A stretch of DNA of 64,000 nt from Sphingobium sp. GTDB taxonomy: Bacteria; Pseudomonadota; Alphaproteobacteria; Sphingomonadales; Sphingomonadaceae. Both the position numbers and the translations under genes were made by a program. The notes under the pieces are model-generated. The model was not told where the DNA came from, made no database searches, and was given only the letters and a program-made list of their open reading frames with translations. Location of the stretch: assembly GCA_040508315.1 (NCBI GenBank), contig JBEVNC010000149.1, forward strand, positions 10,348 through 74,347, read 5' to 3'. Shown in pieces: positions 26,708 to 38,220 of the stretch (position 1 is its first letter; every line of letters starts with the position of its first letter).

Positions 26708-27073
26708 TTAAAAGAGCGGCGCGACACCATAATAGCTGTACAACGCCCGCGTGTAGTCGGCATCGAACTCGGGTTCGCGGGCCAGATCGTAGCGCGGCGC
26801 GTCCTTCAGCCGATCCTTGTCGAGATCGACCGCATAGCCGCCCTTGGTCACGTCGTAGCTCAGCATCGACCAGGGAATGGGATAATGCTCATTGCCGATG
26901 CCGAGGAAGCCGCCGAACGACAGGACGGCGCAATCCACCTGCCCACTGGTCTTTCCGATCATCAGGCGGCTGATGCTGCCCAGCCTTTCGCCCTTGAGGT
27001 CGAAGACCGCGGTGCCTTCCACCCGGTCGGAGGCGATGAGCGACGAGCGTTCATATGTTCCGATATCTGCCAT
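26708..27073 (-). CDS. PRC-barrel domain protein (general stress regulon type)
   Basis: LIASDRVEGTAV, AVLSFGGFLGIG..HYPIPW, L..APRY; SD AAAGGA. Confidence 0.9.
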   Translation of the reverse strand: MADIGTYERSSLIASDRVEGTAVFDLKGERLGSISRLMIGKTSGQVDCAVLSFGGFLGIGNEHYPIPWSMLSYDVTKGGYAVDLDKDRLKDAPRYDLAREPEFDADYTRALYSYYGVAPLF

Positions 27074-27127
27074 GTCAGATCCTTTCCTGCGTGGGGGTTC
27101 CTGCAGTGGAACTCTCTGACTCAACAG

Positions 27128-27152
27128 AACCTCTTGCCCTATGTTGCGTTCC
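27128..27152 (-). promoter_or_regulatory. Putative EcfG promoter for the PRC-barrel gene
   Basis: Minus strand GGAAC-N16-GGTT. Confidence 0.65.
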
Positions 27153-27305
27153 CGCAGAGCGATGGCGGACGAAGCGGTGCGAGGCAGGGATAAACGGAAT
27201 GTCGTGCGCATTTGCCTCCCCCTTGGGTCGTGTACTGTGCCAGCGAACGCAATGGATGAGGGGGATGTCGCGGACCAGATGGCAACGGAGCGCCGGGCAA
27301 GTGAT

Positions 27306-27331
27306 GGAACCAGCGCGAGACGTCCGGCGTT
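27306..27331 (+). promoter_or_regulatory. Putative EcfG promoter for the small ORF-ecfG unit
   Basis: GGAAC-N17-CGTT, full consensus. Confidence 0.75.
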
Positions 27332-27401
27332 CACCGTAACGACCCGGCCAAATCTCGGTCGGCGAAGTCTTACCGGTATCTTATTGTCCCCGGAGTCTTT
27401 T

Positions 27402-27536
27402 ATGGCGGAGCAGGAGATCCATATAGGGACGGACGAGGTGCGAGGCGGCACTACGCCGCACATCGTGCGCTATGTCCTTGGAGTGTCGCTGGCTCTGGTC
27501 ATAGTTGCGATGATTATCGTTCTGGCAGTGAAATAG
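27402..27536 (+). CDS. Small single-pass membrane protein (44 aa)
   Basis: SD GGAG; MAEQEIHIGTDEVRGGTTPHIVRYVLGVSLALVIVAMIIVLAVK; C-terminal TM helix. Confidence 0.75.
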   Translation: MAEQEIHIGTDEVRGGTTPHIVRYVLGVSLALVIVAMIIVLAVK

Positions 27537-27557
27537 GACGGAGCGGATTGCCAAGGA

Positions 27558-28340
27558 ATGACACTCGACCGACTGGGTACAGTGGACGACGATCGGCCGG
27601 CACATGTCGGCCCCGATGCACAGAAACATATCTCCGATGGCGCGCTGCGCCGCGAAGGATCAGGTGAGGTGACGACGAAAATGCCTGCCGCTACGGCTCC
27701 GACGGGGGACGCCGCCGACGACATGCTGCCCGCCGTGCCCGAGGGTGCGGAGGATCGCGTTCAGCTCAGCGACACCGAATTTAAAAAGCAACTCACGCAG
27801 ATCGTGCCGCATCTGCGCGCGTTCGGGCGCTCGCTGTCCGGCAATCGCGACCTTGCGGACGATCTGGTGCAGGAAACCCTGCTGAAGGCCTGGGCTGCGC
27901 GCTCGCGCTTTCAGGCGGGCACGAACATGCGCGCCTGGACATTCATCATCCTGCGCAACCATTATCTCAGCCAGGTTCGCCGCAACCGCTTTCGCGGTGA
28001 GTGGGACGATCTGACTGCCGACCGCATCCTTGCAGGCCCGGCGAGCCAGGATCGGCATATCGACCTCAACGACCTGCAGCGCGCGCTCCAGCAATTGCCG
28101 CAGCCGCAGCGCGAGGCGCTGATCCTCGTCGGGGCCGGTGGTTTCGCCTATGAGGAAGCGGCGGAAATCTGCGGTGTCGCGGTGGGCACGATCAAGAGCC
28201 GCGTGGCGCGTGGCCGCACGGCACTGGAATCGATCCTGGAGCAGGGCGCATTGCCTGCGCGCTCGACACAGGCGACTAGCACCGATGGAACGCTGGCGGA
28301 CATCATGGGCGAAGTGGACAGGATAAGCGAAGGGCGCTGA
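27558..28340 (+). CDS. ecfG: ECF15 general-stress sigma factor (EcfG/SigT/RpoE2 type)
   Basis: LRAFGRSLSG..D.ADDLVQETLLKAW..R.RFQAGTNMRAW.F.ILRN, QREALILVGAGGFAYEEAA.ICG.AVGTIKSRV.R; alternative start 27681 has the better SD (GAGGTG). Confidence 0.88.
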   Translation: MTLDRLGTVDDDRPAHVGPDAQKHISDGALRREGSGEVTTKMPAATAPTGDAADDMLPAVPEGAEDRVQLSDTEFKKQLTQIVPHLRAFGRSLSGNRDLADDLVQETLLKAWAARSRFQAGTNMRAWTFIILRNHYLSQVRRNRFRGEWDDLTADRILAGPASQDRHIDLNDLQRALQQLPQPQREALILVGAGGFAYEEAAEICGVAVGTIKSRVARGRTALESILEQGALPARSTQATSTDGTLADIMGEVDRISEGR

Positions 28341-28430
28341 CGATAGTCGCCGCGCCCCCGTTTCGCCGTCTCGCGCACAGAATGTCGGCGTTTCCTGCCA
28401 AATCCGGTCTGGGCGCCGATCTATGCAGTC

Positions 28431-28577
28431 TCAAAAACCTGTCTTGCGGTCCAACTCCTGCAGTAGTCCCAGAAAATCGTCCGCCTTGTCGCCATGCGCG
28501 GTGAACGCACGTTGCAGGGCAATGCTGACGCCGTCGGTCCTCGCGGGCGACGGCACTTCGCGGTATCGCGACGCCAT
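28431..28577 (-). CDS. NepR-like putative anti-sigma small protein (48 aa)
   Basis: SD GGAGAGGA 8 nt before ATG; MASRYREVPSPARTDGVSIALQRAFTAHGDKADDFLGLLQELDRKTGF resembles the NepR core (G..LR..Y...PD.F..LL..LD). Confidence 0.6.
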   Translation of the reverse strand: MASRYREVPSPARTDGVSIALQRAFTAHGDKADDFLGLLQELDRKTGF

Positions 28578-28633
28578 TTGGCCGGTCCTCTCCGTATTTG
28601 ATTTGTTGTTGCCATAGTTGGTCATGTCGGCAT

Positions 28634-28658
28634 AACGGTGAGGCATAGTCAAAGTTGC
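28634..28658 (-). promoter_or_regulatory. Putative EcfG promoter for the NepR-like ORF
   Basis: Minus strand GCAAC-N16-CGTT (one mismatch in -35). Confidence 0.55.
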
Positions 28659-28699
28659 GATGATAGCCGAAGCTTGCGACGAATAGACAAGGAGTCGGC

Positions 28700-31414
28700 G
28701 TGAAAGCCCCTGAAAGCGACTGGACCGAGGCGCTGAACCGGGCGTCCGCCCATAGTCCCTACCTGTCACGCCAGATCGAATGCTTCCCGGAAGTCGTTTC
28801 GCTTCTGAGGATCGGCGATATCGATTCTGCATGGATCGCAGCGGGGGGTGTCGCCGATCCGGACGCCCCCGTCGCCCGCGCCCTGCGCGAGGAGAAGCGC
28901 GCGCGCGGGCTGGCGATCGCCATCGCCGACCTGGCCGGGGCCTGGCCGCTCGAGACCGTCACCGCCCGCCTGTCCGCCTTTGCCGACGACGCGCTGGACC
29001 GCGCCATCGCGGCGGCCTTTGCCGAGCGCTTTCCGGGTGAGGCGGTGCGCGGCCTTTCGGTGCTGGCGCTCGGCAAGCATGGCAGCGGCGAACTGAACTA
29101 CAGCTCCGACATCGATCCGATCCTGCTGTTCGACCCAGCCACCCTGCCCCACGGCCCGCGCGAGGAGCCGGTCGAGTCCGCCGTGCGCCTGGGCCGCCGC
29201 ATCGTCGCGCTACTGGGGGAGCGGGACGCGCATGGCTATGTGTTCCGCGTCGACCTGCGCCTGCGCCCCTCGCCGGAGGCCACGCCCATCGTGCTGCCGG
29301 TGGACGCGGCGATCAGCTATTATGAGTCCACCGCCATGGGCTGGGAACAGGCCGCCTTCATCCGGGCGCGGGTGGCGGCGGGCGACCGGGCGCTGGGGCA
29401 GATGTTCCTCAATGCCATTCGCCCGTTCGTGTGGCGACGCTCGCTCGATTTCGGCGCGATCGCCGGGATCGGCGACATGACGCGGCGTATCCGCGACCAT
29501 TATGCACAGGGGCAGCGGCTGGGCGCGGGTTACGATCTCAAGCGCGGCCGCGGCGGTATTCGCGAGGTCGAGTTCTTCGCGCAGATCCACCAGCTCATCC
29601 ACGGCGGCCGCGATCCGGGCCTGCGCGCGCCCGCGACTCTGGATGCGCTGGCGGCGCTGGCGGGGGCGGGGATCATCGAATGGGACACGGCCGATGTGCT
29701 GGCCGCCGCCTACCGCCGCCTGCGCACCGTCGAACATCGGTTGCAGATGGTGGACGACCTCCAGACGCACAGCCTGCCGACGCCGCCAGCCTCGCTCGAC
29801 AATGTGGCTATGCTCGACCGGCTACCCGATGGCGGCGCGCTGATCGAGAGCCTGCGGCCGCATGTCGAACAAGTGGGAGCGCTCTATGACGGGCTGGCGG
29901 CGGCGAGCGGGTCCATCGACCGGCTGTCGCGCCACCCCGATACGCTGGCTGCGCAGTTGGTCGAGATGGGGTTTGCCGACCCTGTTCCGGCGCAGACCCG
30001 CATCACCGAATGGCGGGAAGGACGCGCCCGCGTGCTGCGTTCCCCGCCCGCGCGCGAGGCGCTGGAGGATATGCTGCCGGAGGTGATGCGCGCCATCGCC
30101 AGGGCGCCGGACCCTGATGCGACCGTATTGCGGCTGGACGCGCTGCTGAGCGGATTGCCCAGCGCGATCAATATCTTCCGCCTGCTCTCCGCGCGACCGG
30201 CGCTGGCACAGATTCTGGTCGAGATATTGAGCCATGCGCCTGCATTGGCCGAGGCGCTGGGACGGCGCGCGGCGTTGCTCGACGGGCTGATCGACACCAC
30301 TGCATTCGACCCGATGCCATCCGTCGCGCAACTCGTCGCCGACTTCGGCGCGCAGGAGGCCGGGGCTCATTATGAGGCGCTGCTCGATTCGGTGCGGCAG
30401 AAGGTCGGCGACCGGCGCTTCGCCATCGGCGTCCAGATCGTGCGCGGGGCCAGCGACCCCATCGACGCGGCCGCTGGCTATGGCCGCGTGGCGGAGGCGG
30501 CGATAGAGGCGCTGACCGCCGGGACGGTCGCCGAGTTCGAGAAGGCGCATGGCCGCGTGCCGGGCGGGGAGCTGGTCATCCTCGCGCTCGGGCGGCTGGG
30601 CGGGGGCCTCCTGACCCATGCCTCCGACCTCGATCTCATCTTCCTGTTTACCGGCGACTTCCGTCCCGAATCGGATGGGGCGAGACCGCTGGGCGCAACG
30701 CAATATTTCAACCGGCTGGCGCAGCGCGTCGGCAATGCGCTGTCGGTGCCGACCGCGTTCGGCCCGCTTTACGAAGTGGATACGCGGCTGCGCCCGTCCG
30801 GGCCGCAGGGATTGCTGGCGGTCAGCTTCGACAGTTTCGCGCGCTATCAGGCGGAATCGGCCTGGGCGTGGGAGCATCTGGCGCTCACCCGTGCCCGGCC
30901 GATCTTCGGTTCGGCGGCGGCGCGTGAGGAATTGCAGGGCATCGTGACCGGGACGCTTCATGCCGAGCGGGACCGGGACGCATTGGCGCGTTCGGCCGTG
31001 TCGATGCGGCGCGACATCGCCAAGCACAAGCCGCCCAAGGGCGATCTGGACGTCAAACTCGCATCCGGGGGCCTGATCGACCTCGAATTCCTGACCCATG
31101 TGACGCAGTTCCGTACGGGCACCGGCTTTGCGCCGGACCTGCGCGTCGCTATCGCCGCGCTGGAGGCAGAAGGGGCGCTCGGCCCGGAGATACGGCCCGC
31201 GCACGATCTCCTCACCCGCTATCTCGTCGTGTCGCGGCTGGTGACGCCCGGCGCTGAACCGCCGCCCGAGGAATCGCGTGCGCTGGTCGCGCGGGCCTGC
31301 GGCGCAGAGGACTGGCGTGACCTGCTTGCCAGAATCGCCGACGCGCGGCAGAGCATCCGCGCGGCATGGACCGCGATTGCAGAGGAATTTGGCGATGCTG
31401 ACGACCGGAGATAG
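28700..31414 (+). CDS. glnE: Bifunctional glutamine synthetase adenylyltransferase/adenylyl-removing enzyme
   Basis: LGKHGSGELNYSSDID, RVDLRLRP, KRGRGGIREVEF, second NT domain GRLGG..LT.ASDLD, EVDTRLRPSG. Confidence 0.95.
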   Translation: MKAPESDWTEALNRASAHSPYLSRQIECFPEVVSLLRIGDIDSAWIAAGGVADPDAPVARALREEKRARGLAIAIADLAGAWPLETVTARLSAFADDALDRAIAAAFAERFPGEAVRGLSVLALGKHGSGELNYSSDIDPILLFDPATLPHGPREEPVESAVRLGRRIVALLGERDAHGYVFRVDLRLRPSPEATPIVLPVDAAISYYESTAMGWEQAAFIRARVAAGDRALGQMFLNAIRPFVWRRSLDFGAIAGIGDMTRRIRDHYAQGQRLGAGYDLKRGRGGIREVEFFAQIHQLIHGGRDPGLRAPATLDALAALAGAGIIEWDTADVLAAAYRRLRTVEHRLQMVDDLQTHSLPTPPASLDNVAMLDRLPDGGALIESLRPHVEQVGALYDGLAAASGSIDRLSRHPDTLAAQLVEMGFADPVPAQTRITEWREGRARVLRSPPAREALEDMLPEVMRAIARAPDPDATVLRLDALLSGLPSAINIFRLLSARPALAQILVEILSHAPALAEALGRRAALLDGLIDTTAFDPMPSVAQLVADFGAQEAGAHYEALLDSVRQKVGDRRFAIGVQIVRGASDPIDAAAGYGRVAEAAIEALTAGTVAEFEKAHGRVPGGELVILALGRLGGGLLTHASDLDLIFLFTGDFRPESDGARPLGATQYFNRLAQRVGNALSVPTAFGPLYEVDTRLRPSGPQGLLAVSFDSFARYQAESAWAWEHLALTRARPIFGSAAAREELQGIVTGTLHAERDRDALARSAVSMRRDIAKHKPPKGDLDVKLASGGLIDLEFLTHVTQFRTGTGFAPDLRVAIAALEAEGALGPEIRPAHDLLTRYLVVSRLVTPGAEPPPEESRALVARACGAEDWRDLLARIADARQSIRAAWTAIAEEFGDADDRR

Positions 31415-31859
31415 CCTGCCTGCGGTGACGCTGACCGGATCGGACGGCGCGCCCCTCGTGCTGGAGGCATATGCGGGAAAGCCGCTCGTCGTCTATTTCT
31501 ATCCTAAGGCCGACACGCCCGGCTGCACCAATGAGGCACTGGATTTCAGCGCCCTGAAGAGCGAGTTCGATGCGCTTGGCGTGCCGGTGATCGGCATATC
31601 CAAGGATACGCCCGCAAAGCTCGCCAAATTCGCGGCCAAGCATAGTCTGGCGGTTACGCTCGCCTCCGATGGCGACGGTGCGGTGTGCGAGGCGTTCGGC
31701 ACATGGATCGAAAAGAAGCTTTATGGCCGCGAATATATGGGCATTGCCCGCGCCACCTTCCTGTTCGGCGCGGATGGCAAGGCTGTGCGCGTGTGGCCGT
31801 CGGTCAAGGTGAAGGGCCATGCCGCCGAAGTGCTGGAGGCGGCCCGCGCGCTTGGCTGA
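31395..31859 (+). CDS. bcp: Peroxiredoxin Q (BCP)
   Basis: VYFYPKADTPGCT.EA, KKLYGREYMGI.R.TFL. Confidence 0.93.
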   Translation: MLTTGDSLPAVTLTGSDGAPLVLEAYAGKPLVVYFYPKADTPGCTNEALDFSALKSEFDALGVPVIGISKDTPAKLAKFAAKHSLAVTLASDGDGAVCEAFGTWIEKKLYGREYMGIARATFLFGADGKAVRVWPSVKVKGHAAEVLEAARALG

Positions 31860-32646
31860 AACCGTTGCCCGGGCTTGCGAGGCCGTCCTGCTGACGGCAG
31901 AGCCACGCGCCAAGATCATGACCGCCCGGCGCGTCGCGCGTGACTGGCGTCTGGGGCGGCTCGACTGGGCATTCGACCGGGCGATGCCGAACCGCCCTGC
32001 CCGCCCCGACGCTCCGCTGCTCCTCGCCCCCGGCAAGATGCCACGCCGAAGCCGTGGCGGGTCCGAGAAGGGCCGCATCGCCTTGTTGCACGCGCTCGCA
32101 CATATCGAGTTTTCGGCCATCGACCTGGCCTTCGACATTGCCGGGCGATTCGGGGCCGAGATGCCGCGCACATTCATCGACGACTGGATGCGCGTAGGCG
32201 CGGAGGAAGCGCTGCATTTTGCGTTGCTTGACCGGCGACTGGCGCAGTTCGGGAGCCATTATGGCGCTCTTCCCGCCCATGACGGCTTGTGGGAGGCGGC
32301 TTTTGCGACGCGGCACGATGTTGCAGCGCGATTGGCGGTCGTGCCGCTGGTGCTGGAGGCGCGCGGTCTGGACGTGACGCCGCAGATGATCGAGCGTTTG
32401 CGGCAGGTGGGCGACGAACCGTCGGCGCGCATCCTGTCGCGCATCGCCGACGACGAGGTGAAGCATGTTAACGCGGGCGTTCGTTGGTTCGAAAATATGG
32501 CGATTCTGCGCGGCTTTGAGCCGCAGGCAACGTTCCAAAACCTCGTCCGGAAGCATTTCACCGGCGCGATTAAGCCTCCGTTCAACGACTCAGCGCGTCG
32601 AAAGGCCGGTCTGACGCGAGAATACTACGCTGCCCTTGCCCATTAA
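31852..32646 (+). CDS. Ferritin-like DUF455 protein
   Basis: LLHALAHIEF.AIDLA.D, EEALHF, VLEARGLD, DEVKHV; TTG start inferred. Confidence 0.88.
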   Translation: MAETVARACEAVLLTAEPRAKIMTARRVARDWRLGRLDWAFDRAMPNRPARPDAPLLLAPGKMPRRSRGGSEKGRIALLHALAHIEFSAIDLAFDIAGRFGAEMPRTFIDDWMRVGAEEALHFALLDRRLAQFGSHYGALPAHDGLWEAAFATRHDVAARLAVVPLVLEARGLDVTPQMIERLRQVGDEPSARILSRIADDEVKHVNAGVRWFENMAILRGFEPQATFQNLVRKHFTGAIKPPFNDSARRKAGLTREYYAALAH

Positions 32647-32745
32647 CGGTTTGTCCGCTGAAAACTGTGATCAACGGCACACAGAAGCCGAACGGGGACG
32701 GGTCCCGGGCGGGACGGGACTTTTCAAACACGGGTCGGGGTTCGC

Positions 32746-33456
32746 ATGCAGTCGCTTAACAAGAACAATGATTTGCGTCGTTTTCAGTTCCATAAGATCG
32801 GCCGAACCGGTGGTCGCATTGCCGCTGCCGCGCTGATCTGCACGCTGACGATGGGTGCCACCGCCGCGCAGGCCGCTCAGGGCGACGCCCAGTTCAACTC
32901 GCTGTTTAGCGCTTGGACGAAGATGGAAGGCCCCTCGGCCAACCCGGCGCCGACCGCCGCCATCCCCTCGCGCAAGCCGGTCGAGGACATCCGCCTCACC
33001 TCCAATTTCGGCGTTCGCGACGATCCGTTCAACGGCCGTCACCGCATGCATCAGGGAATCGACATCCCCGGCGCCATCGGCACCCCCATTTATGCGACCG
33101 CCGACGGCGTCGTTTCGCGCGCCGAATGGGCGAATGGCTACGGCAACCTCGTCGAGGTCAACCACGGCAATGGCCTCCAGACCCGCTACGGCCATATGTC
33201 CAAGCTCATCGCGCAGCCCAACCAGCGCGTCGTTCGCGGCCAGCTCATCGGCCTGATGGGTTCGACCGGCCGCTCCACCGGCAGCCACCTTCATTATGAA
33301 GTGCGTATCGCTGGCGCTGCCGTGAACCCGGTCCCCTATCTGGAAGGCACCAATTACGAGCTGGCGTTGAACGCCGCGCGTGAGCATGTCGCCATGGGCG
33401 GTCCCGAGGCGCGTACCGGCGCGGACAACAAGTTCCTCGCGTCCAACGAAAAGTAA
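32746..33456 (+). CDS. M23 family peptidoglycan metallopeptidase
   Basis: TSNFG.R.DPF, H.GID, GYGNLVE..H, TRYGHM, STG.HLHYEVR. Confidence 0.92.
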   Translation: MQSLNKNNDLRRFQFHKIGRTGGRIAAAALICTLTMGATAAQAAQGDAQFNSLFSAWTKMEGPSANPAPTAAIPSRKPVEDIRLTSNFGVRDDPFNGRHRMHQGIDIPGAIGTPIYATADGVVSRAEWANGYGNLVEVNHGNGLQTRYGHMSKLIAQPNQRVVRGQLIGLMGSTGRSTGSHLHYEVRIAGAAVNPVPYLEGTNYELALNAAREHVAMGGPEARTGADNKFLASNEK

Positions 33457-33519
33457 GTTGTTGGCGGGTCAGGCGGAGCACCGCTTGCCCGAAGCGCGCA
33501 TGCCCCCTATCTTGGGGCT

Positions 33520-33861
33520 ATGACGACCATATCCACCGATCAGGTCTCGCTGACCGATTCCGCCGCGACCCGCGTCGCCCAGATCGCGCAGCGGCAGGGC
33601 AAGCCCGCCATATTACGCCTGTCGGTCGAAGGCGGCGGCTGTTCGGGCTTTCAGTATAAGTTCGGCCTTGAAGAGATTGTGGACGTCGAGGATATCTCCT
33701 CCGAACGCGATGGCGTGACGCTGGTGGTCGATCCAGTCAGCCTCGACCTGGTGCGCGGCGGTGTCGTCGATTATGTCGAGAATCTCGGCGGGGCGGCATT
33801 CAAGATCGAAAATCCCAATGCGACGGCTGGATGCGGCTGCGGGTCCAGCTTCTCGGTTTGA
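33520..33861 (+). CDS. erpA: A-type Fe-S carrier protein (ErpA/IscA, HesB family)
   Basis: GGGCSGFQY and NPNA..GCGCG.SF. Confidence 0.88.
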   Translation: MTTISTDQVSLTDSAATRVAQIAQRQGKPAILRLSVEGGGCSGFQYKFGLEEIVDVEDISSERDGVTLVVDPVSLDLVRGGVVDYVENLGGAAFKIENPNATAGCGCGSSFSV

Positions 33862-33956
33862 GTGGGTTGGGTTTGAGCGGGTCGTCAGTCGCGCCACGCG
33901 CGTCCCAAGCAACCTGGCGACTTCCCCATCCGTCCGCCACGCGCTAGGCACAGGCC

Positions 33957-34730
33957 ATGCGTATCGCCACATTCAACATCAACGGGGTCAAGGCCCGTCT
34001 CCCCCGCCTCGTGGAATGGCTGGAGGAGACGCAGCCGGACGTCGCCTGCCTGCAGGAGATCAAGACCGCCGACGAGGGCTTTCCCGCCGATGTGATCGAG
34101 AAGGCGGGCTATGGCGCGATCTGGCATGGGCAGAAGGGGTTCAATGGCGTTGCCATCCTCGCCCGCGGGCAAGTGCCGCAGGAGACGGCGCGCGGCCTGA
34201 CCGGCGAGCCGGAGGACGAGCATAGCCGCTATCTGGAGGCGGATGTGAACGGCGTGCGCATCGCGTCCATCTACCTGCCCAACGGCAATCCGGTGCCGGG
34301 GCCGAAGTTCGACTATAAGCTGCGCTGGATGAAGCGCCTGCGCGCGCGCGCCGCAGAGCTGTGGGCGACGGAGCGGCCCACCGTGCTGGCGGGCGACTAT
34401 AATGTCATTCCCTTCGACCGCGATGTCTGGTCGCCGCCCGCGATGGCGAGCGACGCGCTGATGCAGCCGGAGAGCCGCTCCGCCTATCGCACGCTGATGG
34501 GCGACGGCTGGACCGACGCACTGGCCGCGCGGCACCCGGCCGGTGGCGTGTGGACCTTCTGGGACTATCAGGCGGGCGCGTGGCAGCGCGACATGGGTTT
34601 CCGCATCGACCACCTCCTGCTGTCCCCCACAGCGGCCGACCGGCTGATCGACGCGCAGGTGGACAAGCCCTATCGCGGCCGGGAGCGGGCCAGCGACCAT
34701 GCGCCGACCTGGGTCGAATTGCGGGATTGA
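33957..34730 (+). CDS. xth: Exodeoxyribonuclease III
   Basis: IATFNING, LQEIK, YLPNGNP, GDYN, FWDYQ, RIDH, SDHAP. Confidence 0.95.
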   Translation: MRIATFNINGVKARLPRLVEWLEETQPDVACLQEIKTADEGFPADVIEKAGYGAIWHGQKGFNGVAILARGQVPQETARGLTGEPEDEHSRYLEADVNGVRIASIYLPNGNPVPGPKFDYKLRWMKRLRARAAELWATERPTVLAGDYNVIPFDRDVWSPPAMASDALMQPESRSAYRTLMGDGWTDALAARHPAGGVWTFWDYQAGAWQRDMGFRIDHLLLSPTAADRLIDAQVDKPYRGRERASDHAPTWVELRD

Positions 34731-34749
34731 GGTTTTGGACGACCTTCTC

Positions 34750-34863
34750 CTCCCCTCCCGCTTGCGGGAGGGGCTGGGGGTGGGCCCGCGCTGCCCTTTC
34801 GGCCAACAGCGACCTTGCGGTCGCTTTGCCCACCCCCGCCCCCTCCCGTAAACGGGAGGGGAG
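34750..34863. repeat. 114-bp REP/BIME-like palindromic element, copy B
   Basis: Same length and structure as 15428-15541; lies between convergent xth and acnA. Confidence 0.88.
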
Positions 34864-34897
34864 ATAGAAAAGCCTCCACAGTCGACTCACCCCATAA

Positions 34898-34933
34898 GAA
34901 AGGGCGGGCAACCCTTTGGTCGCCCGGCCTTTC
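34898..34933 (-). terminator. Intrinsic terminator of acnA (possibly bidirectional)
   Basis: Minus strand GAAAGGCCGGGCGACC-AAAG-GGTTGCCCGCCCTTTC followed by TTAT. Confidence 0.65.
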
Positions 34934-34952
34934 GGTAGCGCTTTATCTCGGA

Positions 34953-37625
<2,673 letters not shown>

Positions 37626-37950
37626 ATGTCCCGATTCCTTCCTCATGGCGGTCTGACCCGACCAGCCGGGGGAGAAAGCGAGACTGGGCGGCGCAGCATC
37701 TGCGCCGTCATGGGCCTATGCATGCCCCTGCCACCTGTCTTCAGCGAAAAAGGCAGCGTCGGGGCGGCCGGTCCTGTCAGCTCAAACCAGCGGCAAGGCG
37801 GTTTCATCCGATGCCGCAGCGCAATAACGGATGGGGACGTGCTGTCAATGTTATTGGACGCTTGCTGCGGTCTGCTGCGCGGACGGTTGCGCCGGTATGG
37901 CGTCGTGGCAACCCCGCAATGGGGACCGTTGCGACATTGCCCTCTCGGTC

Positions 37951-38030
37951 GTCATTCCCGCGCAGGCGGGAATCCAGAGTCACGGAGAACTGCGCGTTCG
38001 ACTCTGGATTCCCGCCTTCGCGGGAATGAC
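37951..38030. repeat. REP-type inverted repeat with dRS3-like core (ATTCCC-N8-GGGAAT)
   Basis: GTCATTCCCGCGCAGGCGGGAATCCAGAGT...ACTCTGGATTCCCGCCTTCGCGGGAATGAC; 30-bp arms, one mismatch. Confidence 0.88.
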
Positions 38031-38220
38031 TGATAAATTATCCACCAATCCCTGCGCTGCGCTGCGCCGCGCCGAGCCGCGTGGGCGATTTTTCCGCAGG
38101 AGTGCTCGCGGACCTGCGGATTTGAGGATAGACTGGCCTTCATAATCAACATGGTTGCCCAGCGAGCCCGCCGTCGAGAGCGGGCAGGGGCAGGATGACG
38201 GAAAGGATGAGCGAGTCAGG

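Noticed and set aside
26684-26711. TTAA motifs as a CtrA box
   Set aside because: Spacings are 13 and 3 nt, not the TTAA-N7-TTAA consensus
37646-37950. Possible ncRNA or riboswitch upstream of acnA
   Set aside because: Only short GC hairpins; I recognised no known riboswitch or sRNA consensus, and an Infernal/Rfam search would be needed
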